Positions 32,647 through 42,216 of a stretch of 64,000 nt of DNA are shown here, in pieces (positions within the stretch are counted from its first letter, which is position 1; the number at the start of each line of letters is the position of its first letter). Source of the DNA: Nitrosopumilus sp. (GTDB taxonomy: Archaea > Thermoproteota > Nitrososphaeria > Nitrososphaerales > Nitrosopumilaceae). A program made the translations under genes and the position numbers. The stretch is from positions 1,184,001-1,248,000 of the forward strand of contig OZ240211.1 of assembly GCA_965197525.1 (NCBI GenBank), read 5' to 3'. The notes beneath the pieces are model-generated. The model was given only the letters and a program-made list of their open reading frames with translations, was not told the origin of the DNA and did not search any database.

Positions 32647-33444
32647 TTGTCAGCTGAACTACAAGAGATGCCAGAGCAAGGAGAGATAATTCTTGCAACA
32701 ATCACAAAGGTGATGGACCATGGAGCGTATGTAACGCTAGACGAGTACGATGGTATCCAAGGATTCTTACATATCTCAGAGATAGCGCCAGGCTGGATAA
32801 GATCGATTAATAGGTTTGTCAAAGAGAAGGAAAAAAAGGTTTTACTAGTAAAAAAAGTAAATTTCCATAGAAAGGACATTGACCTGTCGTTAAAACAGGT
32901 TTCAAAGGATCAAAAGAAGCAAAAACTCAAAGAAGTAAAAAAGTTTGAAAAGGGTAAGACGTTACTGCAGAATGTTCAAGAAAAGGCAAATCTGACTGAT
33001 GTGGAGATTGAAAAGTTAGAAGACAGCATATACTCCAAATTTGATTCAATTTATGATGCGTTTATATCCATTGGCAGAAACAGAATGGAATCTGTAGCAG
33101 AATTAAAAATTCCAGCAAAGACATCAAAAGTGATTGAGGATATCTGTTCGAAGATCAAACTTCCCTCAGTTGAGATTAGAGGTATTATGGAGATAACAAA
33201 CAGCAAGCCAAACGGAGTTGACATTATTAAAAAAGTGTTACTAGACGCGTTAGCAAAAGATACCACCGTGGATATTACCTATTTGGGAGCACCAAAATAC
33301 AGACTCTCAATTACATCAGAGGATTTCAAATCTGCTGAAAAATTGCTAAAACCGATAATTGAAGACGTTGAACGCAGCATCCAAAAAAAGAAGGGCTCGT
33401 TCAAATTTACAAGAGAAGAGTCAAAGAAGACGAGAGAGAACTAG
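32647..33444 (+). CDS. eif2a: Translation initiation factor 2 alpha subunit
   Basis: S1 domain MPEQGEIILAT...GAYVTLDEY..GFLHISEI; YLGAPKYRL. Confidence 0.95.
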   Translation: MSAELQEMPEQGEIILATITKVMDHGAYVTLDEYDGIQGFLHISEIAPGWIRSINRFVKEKEKKVLLVKKVNFHRKDIDLSLKQVSKDQKKQKLKEVKKFEKGKTLLQNVQEKANLTDVEIEKLEDSIYSKFDSIYDAFISIGRNRMESVAELKIPAKTSKVIEDICSKIKLPSVEIRGIMEITNSKPNGVDIIKKVLLDALAKDTTVDITYLGAPKYRLSITSEDFKSAEKLLKPIIEDVERSIQKKKGSFKFTREESKKTREN

Positions 33445-33445
33445 G

Positions 33446-33610
33446 ATGAAGTTTCTTTTACGAAGATGTACAAAGTGTAATAGATATACACTAAAGTTAA
33501 AATGCGATACGTGTGATGTGGAGACCGTTTCAGTACATCCTGCAAAATTTTCACCAGATGACAGATACATGAAGTACAGACTGGCAGAGAGATATTCTCA
33601 AGTGGAATAG
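33446..33610 (+). CDS. nop10: H/ACA RNP protein Nop10
   Basis: RRCTKCNRYTLK..C..C, HPAKFSPDDRYMKYR; follows aIF2-alpha; ATG at 33446. Confidence 0.93.
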   Translation: MKFLLRRCTKCNRYTLKLKCDTCDVETVSVHPAKFSPDDRYMKYRLAERYSQVE

Positions 33611-33664
33611 AGTGCCATGTTTTAGATGAAAGTATTTGTTCCAGTTAAAAAATCAAGATAGTTG

Positions 33665-34144
33665 TTACTGGGGCGAATATCTTCCTTTGAGTGTGACCTG
33701 TTCTAGGATGCGAGCCTTGTTGATTGCAGCCTCGACTTGGGCCTTGGTAGATCCCTTTGGAATATCCAGTGTGCCATCAAGTGCGTACAACGTAAAGACG
33801 TACGTGTGCTCTTTATCAGGAGGTGCAGGTCCTCCATAACTGACTGAACCAAAGTCAGTCTCGCCTTCCAGGCAGTCAGAAGGAACGGAATTCTCCTTTA
33901 TCTCTACTTTAGAGTCAGGAGAGATGATGTTCCATAGTACCCAATGAACCCAGACTTTGCCTACAGCACCCATGGCATCGGGGTCATCCATGATCAAAGC
34001 CAGAGAAACAGTACCTTGAGGGATGTCGTTAATTGACAGAGGCACGCTCGTATTACCATTCTTGTAACCGTATTTTCTTGGAATTACTCCACCGTCTGCA
34101 AATGCCGGACTCGTAAGTGTCATGGCCATACCAGATTGTGCCAA
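33665..34144 (-). CDS. YbhB/YbcL (PEBP/Raf kinase inhibitor-like) protein
   Basis: MDDPDA, WVHW, YGGPAPP, HTYVFTLYALD. Confidence 0.92.
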   Translation of the reverse strand: MAQSGMAMTLTSPAFADGGVIPRKYGYKNGNTSVPLSINDIPQGTVSLALIMDDPDAMGAVGKVWVHWVLWNIISPDSKVEIKENSVPSDCLEGETDFGSVSYGGPAPPDKEHTYVFTLYALDGTLDIPKGSTKAQVEAAINKARILEQVTLKGRYSPQ

Positions 34145-34240
34145 CTAGGTAAAATTAAGTATTTCGAAGTGAGGGTAAAATGATGTCGTTTTAAGATAGT
34201 CGCAATATCTCATACATACAACAACAAAGATTGCAGACAT

Positions 34241-34624
34241 TTAAGATTCTAAGACTATCTTGTTCTTTGAAAATGACATTATGGAACTACCGTGACTTTT
34301 GATCTGTTTTTTTAGTTTTTTATCCATGGTGCCAATAATGCAACGACGAGATGACGCATGTTTTATCAGTTCCTTGTCTGCAAAGGTACCAGAGATATCA
34401 ACGGTCTTGAAGTTTTTGATGTATTGTAACGTCAACAAAATGTCTTGTTTTTTGGACGGATTGTCTTGCAGTTTTACCAGCTCTTCTATTACAACTAGCG
34501 GCACAACAAATGTGATTTGACCGATATCTACACCCAGATCATCAATGTTTGTAATTCTTCTAGTCGCTAGATGAATAAGGAAATTTGTATCACAGATTAC
34601 ATCAACCAACTGTACCTGCACCAA
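34241..34624 (-). CDS. PIN-domain protein (Fcf1/Utp24-like)
   Basis: ICDTNFL, VIEEL, ADKEL, TMDKKLK; adjacent to aIF2-gamma. Confidence 0.85.
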   Translation of the reverse strand: MVQVQLVDVICDTNFLIHLATRRITNIDDLGVDIGQITFVVPLVVIEELVKLQDNPSKKQDILLTLQYIKNFKTVDISGTFADKELIKHASSRRCIIGTMDKKLKKQIKSHGSSIMSFSKNKIVLES

Positions 34625-35873
34625 TTAATCGCCATCTCTCAGCAATTCGTCTACTGATTGCAACATTGTCGTCCTTGAAGATGCAGACAGGCCGTCTCAG
34701 CTCTATCTCTATCTTGTTTGATTTGACGGACGTAACCTTTCCCAGTACAGGAGCAGTCCCAATGTTTAGACGTAGTAACTCACCTGTCTGGATTGACTGA
34801 ACCTTGATATCCTCTGTCGCACCTACTGCCGTATCAAAGAGGCTGACATCCAGTTTCAATACAGAGGAGTTTGTGGGTAGCGTGTCTGGCTTGCCAATAA
34901 CTGAGCCGATAAAAGAGTCGCTCCTAGTCATGGAAGGATCCAGTTTTGTCCCAATGGCAACCAGACCGCCGGGCTTTACAGAGTCTACAATGCCTGCTGC
35001 CGTTCCAAGCGAGACTATCTCAGTTAGTAATGGTTCGTATATCTTCTTCTTTTCATTTAGTATTCCAGGTTTAATCTCAATCTCATCGCCTACTTTGAAT
35101 ACGCCCCGGGTTAGGCTGCCACCGATTACCCCTCCTTTGATATGCTTTAGTTTTATTCCAGGTTTGTTTACATCAAATGAGCGTAACACATGCATGGTAG
35201 GATCTGCTTTCTCGTCTCGTTGTGGGGTCTTGATATTGGATTCTATGGCGCCAATTAGCGCATCTACGTTTAGTCCTGACTGGGCAGAGATTGGTATTAT
35301 GGGAGCCTTTGCAGCATGTGTTGTCTTCATAAATTTTGCAATATCTGTATAGTTTGCAAGAACCTCATCGTATGGAAGCAAGTCAACCTTGTTTTGAACA
35401 ACGATGATCTGTTGGATGCCCAGTGTCTGTAATGCCAGTAGATGCTCTTTGGTTTGCGGTCTAGGAACCTTTTCGTTTACAGCAGACAGCAACAAGGCGC
35501 CATCCATTACAGCAGAACCTGAAAGCATGTTGGCCATCAGACTCTCATGGCCGGGGCTATCAACAAAACTTACAACTCGTGTTAACTCACTCTCAGAGTT
35601 GCAGTTATGACATTTGGGAGTGGTTGAATATCCCAATGGTTCCTCGCAGTTTGGACACTTGTAAAATGCAGCATCAGAGTAACCTACACGTATTGTGATT
35701 CCACGCTTTAGTTCCTGACTGTGCACACTAGTCCACGAACCACTAAGGGCTTGAATCAGGGTTGTCTTTCCGTGGTCTACATGTCCTGCAGTACCAATGT
35801 TCACACATGGTTGATAACCGTATTTTTTGATGTACCAATCAGGAAGAGTCTCTCGCCAATGCATATGAGTCAA
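34602..35873 (-). CDS. eif2g: Translation initiation factor 2 gamma subunit
   Basis: GHVDHGKTT, RGITI, Zn knuckle, DSPGHE, QNKVD, RWRLIG; likely ATG at 35864. Confidence 0.96.
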   Translation of the reverse strand: MTHMHWRETLPDWYIKKYGYQPCVNIGTAGHVDHGKTTLIQALSGSWTSVHSQELKRGITIRVGYSDAAFYKCPNCEEPLGYSTTPKCHNCNSESELTRVVSFVDSPGHESLMANMLSGSAVMDGALLLSAVNEKVPRPQTKEHLLALQTLGIQQIIVVQNKVDLLPYDEVLANYTDIAKFMKTTHAAKAPIIPISAQSGLNVDALIGAIESNIKTPQRDEKADPTMHVLRSFDVNKPGIKLKHIKGGVIGGSLTRGVFKVGDEIEIKPGILNEKKKIYEPLLTEIVSLGTAAGIVDSVKPGGLVAIGTKLDPSMTRSDSFIGSVIGKPDTLPTNSSVLKLDVSLFDTAVGATEDIKVQSIQTGELLRLNIGTAPVLGKVTSVKSNKIEIELRRPVCIFKDDNVAISRRIAERWRLIGAGTVG

Positions 35874-35896
35874 ATATAGAATCGGTATATGTTAAG

Positions 35897-36298
35897 CTAT
35901 TCTTTCGTGCCTGTGCTCTCATCAGTAGATGGAGGAGGAGTAGAAGATTCAACAGGTAGGGAACCATCAAACTTACAATTGATTTGATAGACCTCTTCTG
36001 ATATTGTATTGCCGCGCATGAGTTTTCTCTTTCTCTGGCCGGATTCTGCATCTTGTAGACCAACCCCGCGAGATAGTAAGACTCGTTTTCTTGCAGCACC
36101 GTGTACGTCACTTCTCATTGGAACGCCAGACTTGTCGCTGCCACCAGTAAGTTTTAGTTTACCGGTCAGGCCTACCACCGATGCGTCTGTCTCATTACCT
36201 AGCTGTAATCCCAACAACGGGTTTGCATCGGCATCCTTGAGTTCTTTTGAAATTGACTTGCCGTTTATATCAGATATGGTGAGCTTAAAGTTAGTCAA
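35897..36298 (-). CDS. rps6e: 30S ribosomal protein S6e
   Basis: LTGGSDKSGVPMR, RKRKLMRGN, QIN. Confidence 0.95.
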   Translation of the reverse strand: MTNFKLTISDINGKSISKELKDADANPLLGLQLGNETDASVVGLTGKLKLTGGSDKSGVPMRSDVHGAARKRVLLSRGVGLQDAESGQRKRKLMRGNTISEEVYQINCKFDGSLPVESSTPPPSTDESTGTKE

Positions 36299-36415
36299 GT
36301 ATTGGAAAAAAGAGGCAGTGGACTAATTAATCTTTGGACATTGGTACGGTAAACATTCAGGGATGGATTTGAATTCATACATACGGTATTTCTCTTTTTT
36401 AAGGAATCTTACGAG

Positions 36416-36811
36416 TTACAGAATTTTTACTAGATATACTTGTTGTTCTGCTTGCTCGTCAAAACCATACAATGAGATCTGAACAGCCTTGACATGATCG
36501 TTCTCCAAAAAATTAGCGTATGCTCTTTTATCTCCAGTAATCAAATCACAGTTGTTTTCCTCACAAAAAGATGCAATACTCTTATCTGAACTGTAAGCTG
36601 GAGGATTCGGATCTGTACCCACATTTTGAATTTCAGGATAATCTTTTTTGATAACTGACCAATTATTATCAGCCCATCCTCTCCTGTTATAATCTATCAA
36701 AACCTTATGTGTCAAACAATTGACATCATAAGACATTGTATTTAGGTTTAAAACAGTAAATTCGTGTAAGACGTTATTCTCCAGACATAAAATATGTACT
36801 GTTAGATACAC
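36416..36811 (-). CDS. Hypothetical protein, possibly PIN-like (DUF5615-like)
   Basis: VLID near the N-terminus, SDKSIASFCEENNCDLITGDK resembling D..I...A....LIT.D. Confidence 0.45.
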   Translation of the reverse strand: MYLTVHILCLENNVLHEFTVLNLNTMSYDVNCLTHKVLIDYNRRGWADNNWSVIKKDYPEIQNVGTDPNPPAYSSDKSIASFCEENNCDLITGDKRAYANFLENDHVKAVQISLYGFDEQAEQQVYLVKIL

Positions 36812-36914
36812 AATCTAATTTCTTACTAATTTGTAGAGTAGTGTCTAGAACACTGACGATCTTGAACTCATATTGGTGTGCGGGAGAGATTTGATCAATC
36901 AATAATAATAATAA

Positions 36915-37088
36915 TCAAAGCCCAGGTCGATCTGGTATGTAGTCTGATGCCATATTAATTGCATGGTCTTTCATAATCTCAAGATACGTCTCGTAATCTG
37001 CCTCAAAGTTGCAATGAGGGCATTTGACAGTGGTTATATCATCATCTAGTTTGGCAACTCTGTCACATTCTGGGCATTTTGCATCCAT
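36915..37088 (-). CDS. Small zinc-ribbon protein (57 aa)
   Basis: Manual translation MDAKCPECDRVAKLDDDITTVKCPHCNFEADYETYLEIMKDHAINMASDYIPDRPGL; below the ORF-track cutoff. Confidence 0.8.
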   Translation of the reverse strand: MDAKCPECDRVAKLDDDITTVKCPHCNFEADYETYLEIMKDHAINMASDYIPDRPGL

Positions 37089-37139
37089 GTTTCTATGTAT
37101 CAGTTAAGATATTTAATCATAGTTATTAACAACATGTAG

Positions 37140-37213
37140 GCGGAGTTAGTTTAGCCTGGTATGACGTCAGCTTCCCAAGCTGAAGGCCGCGGGTTCAAAT
37201 CCCGCACTCCGCA
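37140..37213 (+). tRNA. tRNA-Gly(CCC)
   Basis: Acceptor GCGGAGT/ACTCCGC, anticodon stem TCAGC/GCTGA with loop TTCCCAA, T-arm GCGGG-TTCAAAT-CCCGC; no encoded CCA. Confidence 0.96.
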
Positions 37214-37409
37214 TCATAATAGCATGGTTTGAGATTTATTCATTATATGATCATATTGTCAAACTATCAGATCTTGAGTCTTTCCAATCTGAGAAACGTT
37301 CATGTCATTATCGATGATCAAAAAAACTATTTCTAATTATTAATACAGAATCTTGTCAACTCTCTGATCGTAGTTTTGGAAGACTAGATGTAATTTTATG
37401 TCTGCACAA

Positions 37410-37653
37410 GTTATTGCCTCTGGCAATCCCGTAACCTGTTGGACAACTACTACCAAAGTTTGGTTTTTCTGTGGCTATATAAGAAGATATCTGGATTTTT
37501 CCCCAGATATAAAAAAGATGGAACTACTGCCGTTAATAGATTTTCGCAGACGTTACTGCCTCTGGCAATCCCGTAACCTGCTGGGTCAGTAGTCCTTAAC
37601 TATACTATACACGACCACATAATAAAGTACTATCTGGAGTTTTTTCCAGATAG
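37410..37653. repeat. Two copies (period 142-143 bp) of a 33-bp hairpin repeat followed by a TATCTGG...CCAGATA hairpin
   Basis: GTTAYTGCCTCTGGCAATCCCGTAACCTGYTGG at 37410-37442 and 37552-37584; second hairpins start at 37488 and 37631. Confidence 0.8.
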
Positions 37654-37683
37654 TTAGTATGTTGAGGCTACCTAGTAGCCATT

Positions 37684-37766
37684 TGTATGGACTCAGGTCC
37701 CATATAAACAAAGACATAATGCTTGCAAATTCGTGCCTAGATTTGCATTAGATCTGAGTCCATACA
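37684..37766. mobile_element. 83-bp MITE-like element
   Basis: Perfect 13-bp TIR TGTATGGACTCAG / CTGAGTCCATACA flanked by a perfect 6-bp direct repeat GCCATT (37678-37683, 37767-37772). Confidence 0.8.
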
Positions 37767-38490
37767 GCCATTTACATAGAATCTGAATATGTGTCAAAAT
37801 CATGTCTCGTTAAAATGTTTAAAAAGTTCACGTCTACAAGAAATTCAAAAATGTCGATAACCCATAAACACTAGAGAATGGTTGTTTAAAACACCAGACA
37901 AAAGAATATTTTCAATGTACACACGTACTCTAACCTCGTCACGAATTTTCTGAGGACATCTATCGGATACATGACAATGTTTGATTGTTTCTGCTGATGG
38001 TCTGCAATAATTTCTATAGCATCTTTAGGTATCTGGATAAAGGGTTTTCAAAAAATCATTAAAATTTTTATTAAAATGTACATTAATTCCAACAGTCATA
38101 AAAATATTAAAAATGTAAGCTTAATCATTTTTGGTGGATTGTCGGTATTTGGCAAAGATCTTGTCGTCTTCTTTACTCCATTTAGGAGTCGGTTTTAGAT
38201 GGGTTGTTTTTGTCATGTTTGATTGATTCTTCTTTGATTTATGATTGTTTAAAGTTTGGGTTTACTCTATGAAGAATATAAAATATGTTACAGAACCAAC
38301 AGCAAAAGCAATTGGTAAGATAGATGATTTCAACACTTGTAATCCAAAAAATGCTCAAAATTCCAAGAGCTTTTGGTAATTTTATGATTCGATATCTGAT
38401 CAAAAAAGGATTTGTTATAACAGGTAGAATAAGAAGTCACGAGTAACATGACAGACGAGTATTTTTATACAGTTTCGGTATGATACCAAC

Positions 38491-38742
38491 ATGTCAAATA
38501 AGGTAAACGAATATTCAGATAAGAGAACTATTTCTAATGCTGACACACCACAAAAACGTAAGACGTCAAAGAAGAAAAAATGCCCATCATGTGGTAGTGA
38601 CAACGTTGCAAGTATAGTCTACGGGTATCCGAGTTCCGAGTGGGATTGGGAGAAGGATGTGGACTCGGGCAAGGTGGTTCTCGGCGGATGCTGTGTACGA
38701 AACGAGAAATGGGAATGCAACAAATGTCATTCCAGCTGGTAA
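38491..38742 (+). CDS. Small Cys-rich zinc-ribbon-like protein
   Basis: CPSCGS..VASIVYGYP...LGGCC...WECNKC. Confidence 0.7.
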   Translation: MSNKVNEYSDKRTISNADTPQKRKTSKKKKCPSCGSDNVASIVYGYPSSEWDWEKDVDSGKVVLGGCCVRNEKWECNKCHSSW

Positions 38743-38859
38743 TACCTTTTCAAGTTTTAGACATAGTTGTATAACTCGACAGAAATACCAATTGTACAAA
38801 TTTGACGGCTCGCAAAACAATTTCACAAACAATAAAAATACATGTTTGGATATGCCATC

Positions 38860-39720
38860 ATGGAAAAAATCTGCTGGGCTAACACAGCTAATATGGATGA
38901 ATCCAAATTTGTCATAATTGGCATACCTGACGAGGAACAGTCTCACTCATTACGAAAAGGAGCAAAAAATGCACCACAAAGAATTCGCCAAATATCGAAT
39001 CTGTATGATGCGTACAAACGAGACGATACCATTACACTAGCACGACCGTTTTCAGGCACAGAAAAGAAGGTTTGTGATATTGGAGATATCAGAAAAGATG
39101 ATATCGAGTCTGCGTACGACAAGATACCTGCGTCACAGATACCAATTGCAATGGGCGGTGATCATTCCATTACAGCAGGCATCATAAACGCACTAGCAAA
39201 AAAACACAAGAAAATATCTCTGGTATACTTTGATGCTCATCCTGATTTTATAAGTTCAGAAAGAGATTATCACGGTTCGGTGATAGCTGATATCATACCA
39301 AGTATTGACATGACGTCCAGTATACAGGTAGGAATAAGGAATCCCGAGCAAGAAGAGTTGGAGAACATCAAAAAATACGATTTGAGTATAGTTACTCCGT
39401 GTGATGTAACAGAGCACGGAGTAAAACAGATTACAGACTCCATACTAGATAGGTTAGGTGATAACGTGTACATCTCCTTTGATATGGACTCACTTGATCC
39501 CGCATATGCTCCAGGTGTATCTGTTCCTGTTCCTCTTGGTTTGAACAACAACGATGCAATGTACATGCTAAAAAAGATCATACAAAAGAAGAGAGTAATA
39601 GGAATGGACGTCATGGAGGTATGTCCAGATTTTGATATTAATGACAGGACATCCCATATGGCATCAAGAATAATTGCAGAGGCAATTTATTCATCACCGG
39701 GAGAGAATGCCATTGACTGA
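38860..39720 (+). CDS. Arginase/agmatinase (ureohydrolase) family protein
   Basis: GGDHSIT, DAHPDF..HG, SFDMDSLDP, EVCP; start taken at MEKICW. Confidence 0.9.
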   Translation: MEKICWANTANMDESKFVIIGIPDEEQSHSLRKGAKNAPQRIRQISNLYDAYKRDDTITLARPFSGTEKKVCDIGDIRKDDIESAYDKIPASQIPIAMGGDHSITAGIINALAKKHKKISLVYFDAHPDFISSERDYHGSVIADIIPSIDMTSSIQVGIRNPEQEELENIKKYDLSIVTPCDVTEHGVKQITDSILDRLGDNVYISFDMDSLDPAYAPGVSVPVPLGLNNNDAMYMLKKIIQKKRVIGMDVMEVCPDFDINDRTSHMASRIIAEAIYSSPGENAID

Positions 39721-41284
39721 ATTTGAAAACGAATACACCTGGGGGAGGGCAGTTGCAGATAGCACCACAGAAGAGTTTCATGCATCTTTTGATAGTGCAG
39801 TAGGCAAGGTAAGAGAAGAGTTGGGTAACCAGTACCCAATAATAATTAATGGTAAAAGATTACATTATGATGACTGTTTTACAGTCAGGTCGCCTGCAGA
39901 TACCAGAATTACAATAGCCAGATTTCCAAAGACCACACCATCAGATACAGTGTATGCCATAAAAAGTGCCAAAGACGCATTTGATGAATGGTCTAAAACC
40001 ACATACCAAAAAAGAGTAAAAATATTCAGAGATTGTGCTGATGTATTCTCTGAACGTAAATTTGATTTGGCGGCACTAATGTCATTTGAGAACGGAAAGA
40101 ACAGGTATGAGGCGATAGGTGACATTGATGAAACAATCGATTTTATGAGATTTTATGCATCACAACTAGAGAGAAATCAAGGATTCTGCAAGCAGACAGA
40201 CCATCCAAACCCTCATGAAAAGACGCAGGCAGTCATGAAGCCCTTTGGCGTGTGGGGGATTATAGCGCCGTTTAACTTTCCATCAGCGATTGCAATCGGG
40301 ATGACTACAGCTGCACTAATCACAGGTAATACAGCAATCCTAAAACCGGCAAGTGATGCACCCCTATCATCATACCAGTTTGCAGATATTATTCATGGTG
40401 TGATTCCGGATGGTGCAGTCAACTTTGTGACAGGTTCAGGTAGTATCGTAGGCAAGACCATCATAGAGAGTCTAGATATCAGCGGTATTGCATTTACCGG
40501 CTCACGAGAGGTAGGTATGAGAGGATTTCAAGAGTTTACAAGACACACCACAAAACCGTTCATCTCTGAGATGGGTGGAAAAAATCCGGTAATTGTAACA
40601 AAACATGCAGATCTAGAAAAGGCAGCGCAAGGAGTGATAAATGCCGCTTTTGGGTTTGGAGGACAGAAATGCAGTGCCTGTTCCAGAGTGTACGTGCAAT
40701 ACGGGGTGGCCGAACAGTTCATCTCAAAACTAGTTGACGAGACAAAAAAACTAAGGGTTGGGAAGCCGTGGGAGAAAGACGTGTTTTTGGGTCCTGTGAT
40801 AAACAAGGACGCAAAGACAAAGTTCGAGGATGCCGTAAATCTGGCAAAAAGAGATGGGAAGGTGCTGACGGGTGGTTCTGCAATAACCACACAAGATCTT
40901 GACAATGGATATTATGTAGAACCTACAATAGTTGCAGAGTTGCCTGAAGAACATAGATTAATCAAGGAAGAACTGTTTTTACCGTTTTTGTGTGTTCAAA
41001 GGTATGATACATTTGATAATGCGATAAATCTGGCAAATCAGACAGAGTATGGATTGACGGCAGGTATCTTCAGTGACAACGAGAAACAGTTAGACAAGTT
41101 TTTTGCCAAGATTCAGTCAGGAGTGGTATACGCTAACCGTTTTGCCAGTGCAACTACTGCAGCCCTTGTCTCTAGCCAACCATTTGTTGGATGGAAGAAC
41201 TCTGGTTCCACAGGAAAGGGGGCAGGCGGTGAGAACTATCTGCAGCAATTCATGCATAGCCAGACTCAGACACGCTGTGATTGA
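39707..41284 (+). CDS. Aldehyde dehydrogenase, 1-pyrroline-5-carboxylate dehydrogenase (RocA-like)
   Basis: PFNFP, FTGS, EMGGKNP, GQKCSAC; convergent with proline dehydrogenase. Confidence 0.88.
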   Translation: MPLTEFENEYTWGRAVADSTTEEFHASFDSAVGKVREELGNQYPIIINGKRLHYDDCFTVRSPADTRITIARFPKTTPSDTVYAIKSAKDAFDEWSKTTYQKRVKIFRDCADVFSERKFDLAALMSFENGKNRYEAIGDIDETIDFMRFYASQLERNQGFCKQTDHPNPHEKTQAVMKPFGVWGIIAPFNFPSAIAIGMTTAALITGNTAILKPASDAPLSSYQFADIIHGVIPDGAVNFVTGSGSIVGKTIIESLDISGIAFTGSREVGMRGFQEFTRHTTKPFISEMGGKNPVIVTKHADLEKAAQGVINAAFGFGGQKCSACSRVYVQYGVAEQFISKLVDETKKLRVGKPWEKDVFLGPVINKDAKTKFEDAVNLAKRDGKVLTGGSAITTQDLDNGYYVEPTIVAELPEEHRLIKEELFLPFLCVQRYDTFDNAINLANQTEYGLTAGIFSDNEKQLDKFFAKIQSGVVYANRFASATTAALVSSQPFVGWKNSGSTGKGAGGENYLQQFMHSQTQTRCD

Positions 41285-42138
41285 AGTAACGAACTGCCAA
41301 GTAACAATATGTTTCGCTTTCTCTCTTTGATTCGCCTAATGGAATATGCCAACCAATTGACGCCGTATGGGATATAGTCTGAAATCACGTATCCCTCTTG
41401 GATTAGAGTGGGTTTGAGTTCATCTCGTATCCCTTTTAGCATCTGAAACTCAAATTTCTTGGGATATTTTTTGGATAGATGTTTTGCTTCCCGTATCATG
41501 GTATCATCGTGTGATGCTATAGCAAACTCGTTGCCTCTTCTGAATAGTATTCTCATCAGTTTTATGTAGTTGTTATCGACATCTGTATTTGACTTGAAAG
41601 ATATGTTCGCACGCTCCCTGTAAGCGCCTTTTACAAGACGTATTTTTGCACCTGTCTCCAACAGATCGCAAAGATCATTTTGGGTTCTCTTCAGATTGGC
41701 CTGCAAGGCAATCCCGACTCGCTCATACCCTGAAAACAATGTACGGTAAATATCTAATGTAGTGTCTGTGTGCTCTGATGATTCCATGTCAATCCATACA
41801 AAGACGTGTGCACTACGTGCAGCATCAACTATTGTATCAAAATTTCTAACACACTCTCGTTGACTAAGCGAGAGTCCTACCTGGGTGGGTTTGACTGATA
41901 TTGCACCGCGAATCTTCCATCGTCGAAAAGAGTCTATGATCTTTTGATAGTCATCAACAGTCTGCTTGATCTGTTTTTTTGAGGTGTGATACTCGCCTAG
42001 CTTGTTTATGATGGTATGGCGTCTCTTTTGATATGCGTTTTTTGCAGACATCAAAGCATCGTCTATGGTATTGCCAGCAATCCATTGCTTTGCTACCTTG
42101 AACAGAACTTTTTCCATGAGTTGAGTTGCTGCAACCAT
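41266..42138 (-). CDS. Proline dehydrogenase (monofunctional)
   Basis: ISVKPTQ, IDMES, RLVKGAY, EFQMLKG, YIPYG..W..Y..RRIKER. Confidence 0.93.
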   Translation of the reverse strand: MVAATQLMEKVLFKVAKQWIAGNTIDDALMSAKNAYQKRRHTIINKLGEYHTSKKQIKQTVDDYQKIIDSFRRWKIRGAISVKPTQVGLSLSQRECVRNFDTIVDAARSAHVFVWIDMESSEHTDTTLDIYRTLFSGYERVGIALQANLKRTQNDLCDLLETGAKIRLVKGAYRERANISFKSNTDVDNNYIKLMRILFRRGNEFAIASHDDTMIREAKHLSKKYPKKFEFQMLKGIRDELKPTLIQEGYVISDYIPYGVNWLAYSIRRIKERKRNILLLGSSLLQSQRV

Positions 42139-42216
42139 AAAAGGTATACAACAAACAGGATTAAATGACTTTGGGATTCATACTGAATGTCTGTATTTGA
42201 GAACTTGTCATAGGGT

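Noticed and set aside
36874-36897. Minus-strand TCAAATCTCTCCCGCACACCA resembling a tRNA 3' end or att site
   Set aside because: No matching 5' T-stem strand and not identical to the tRNA-Gly 3' end
37410-37584. 33-bp repeats as a mini-CRISPR
   Set aside because: Only two copies, 109-bp spacer, no cas genes or leader
41266-41284. Tail-to-tail overlaps (P5CDH/ProDH; also MetK/SDR and cbiF/MurI-like)
   Set aside because: Short convergent overlaps are common in compact archaeal genomes
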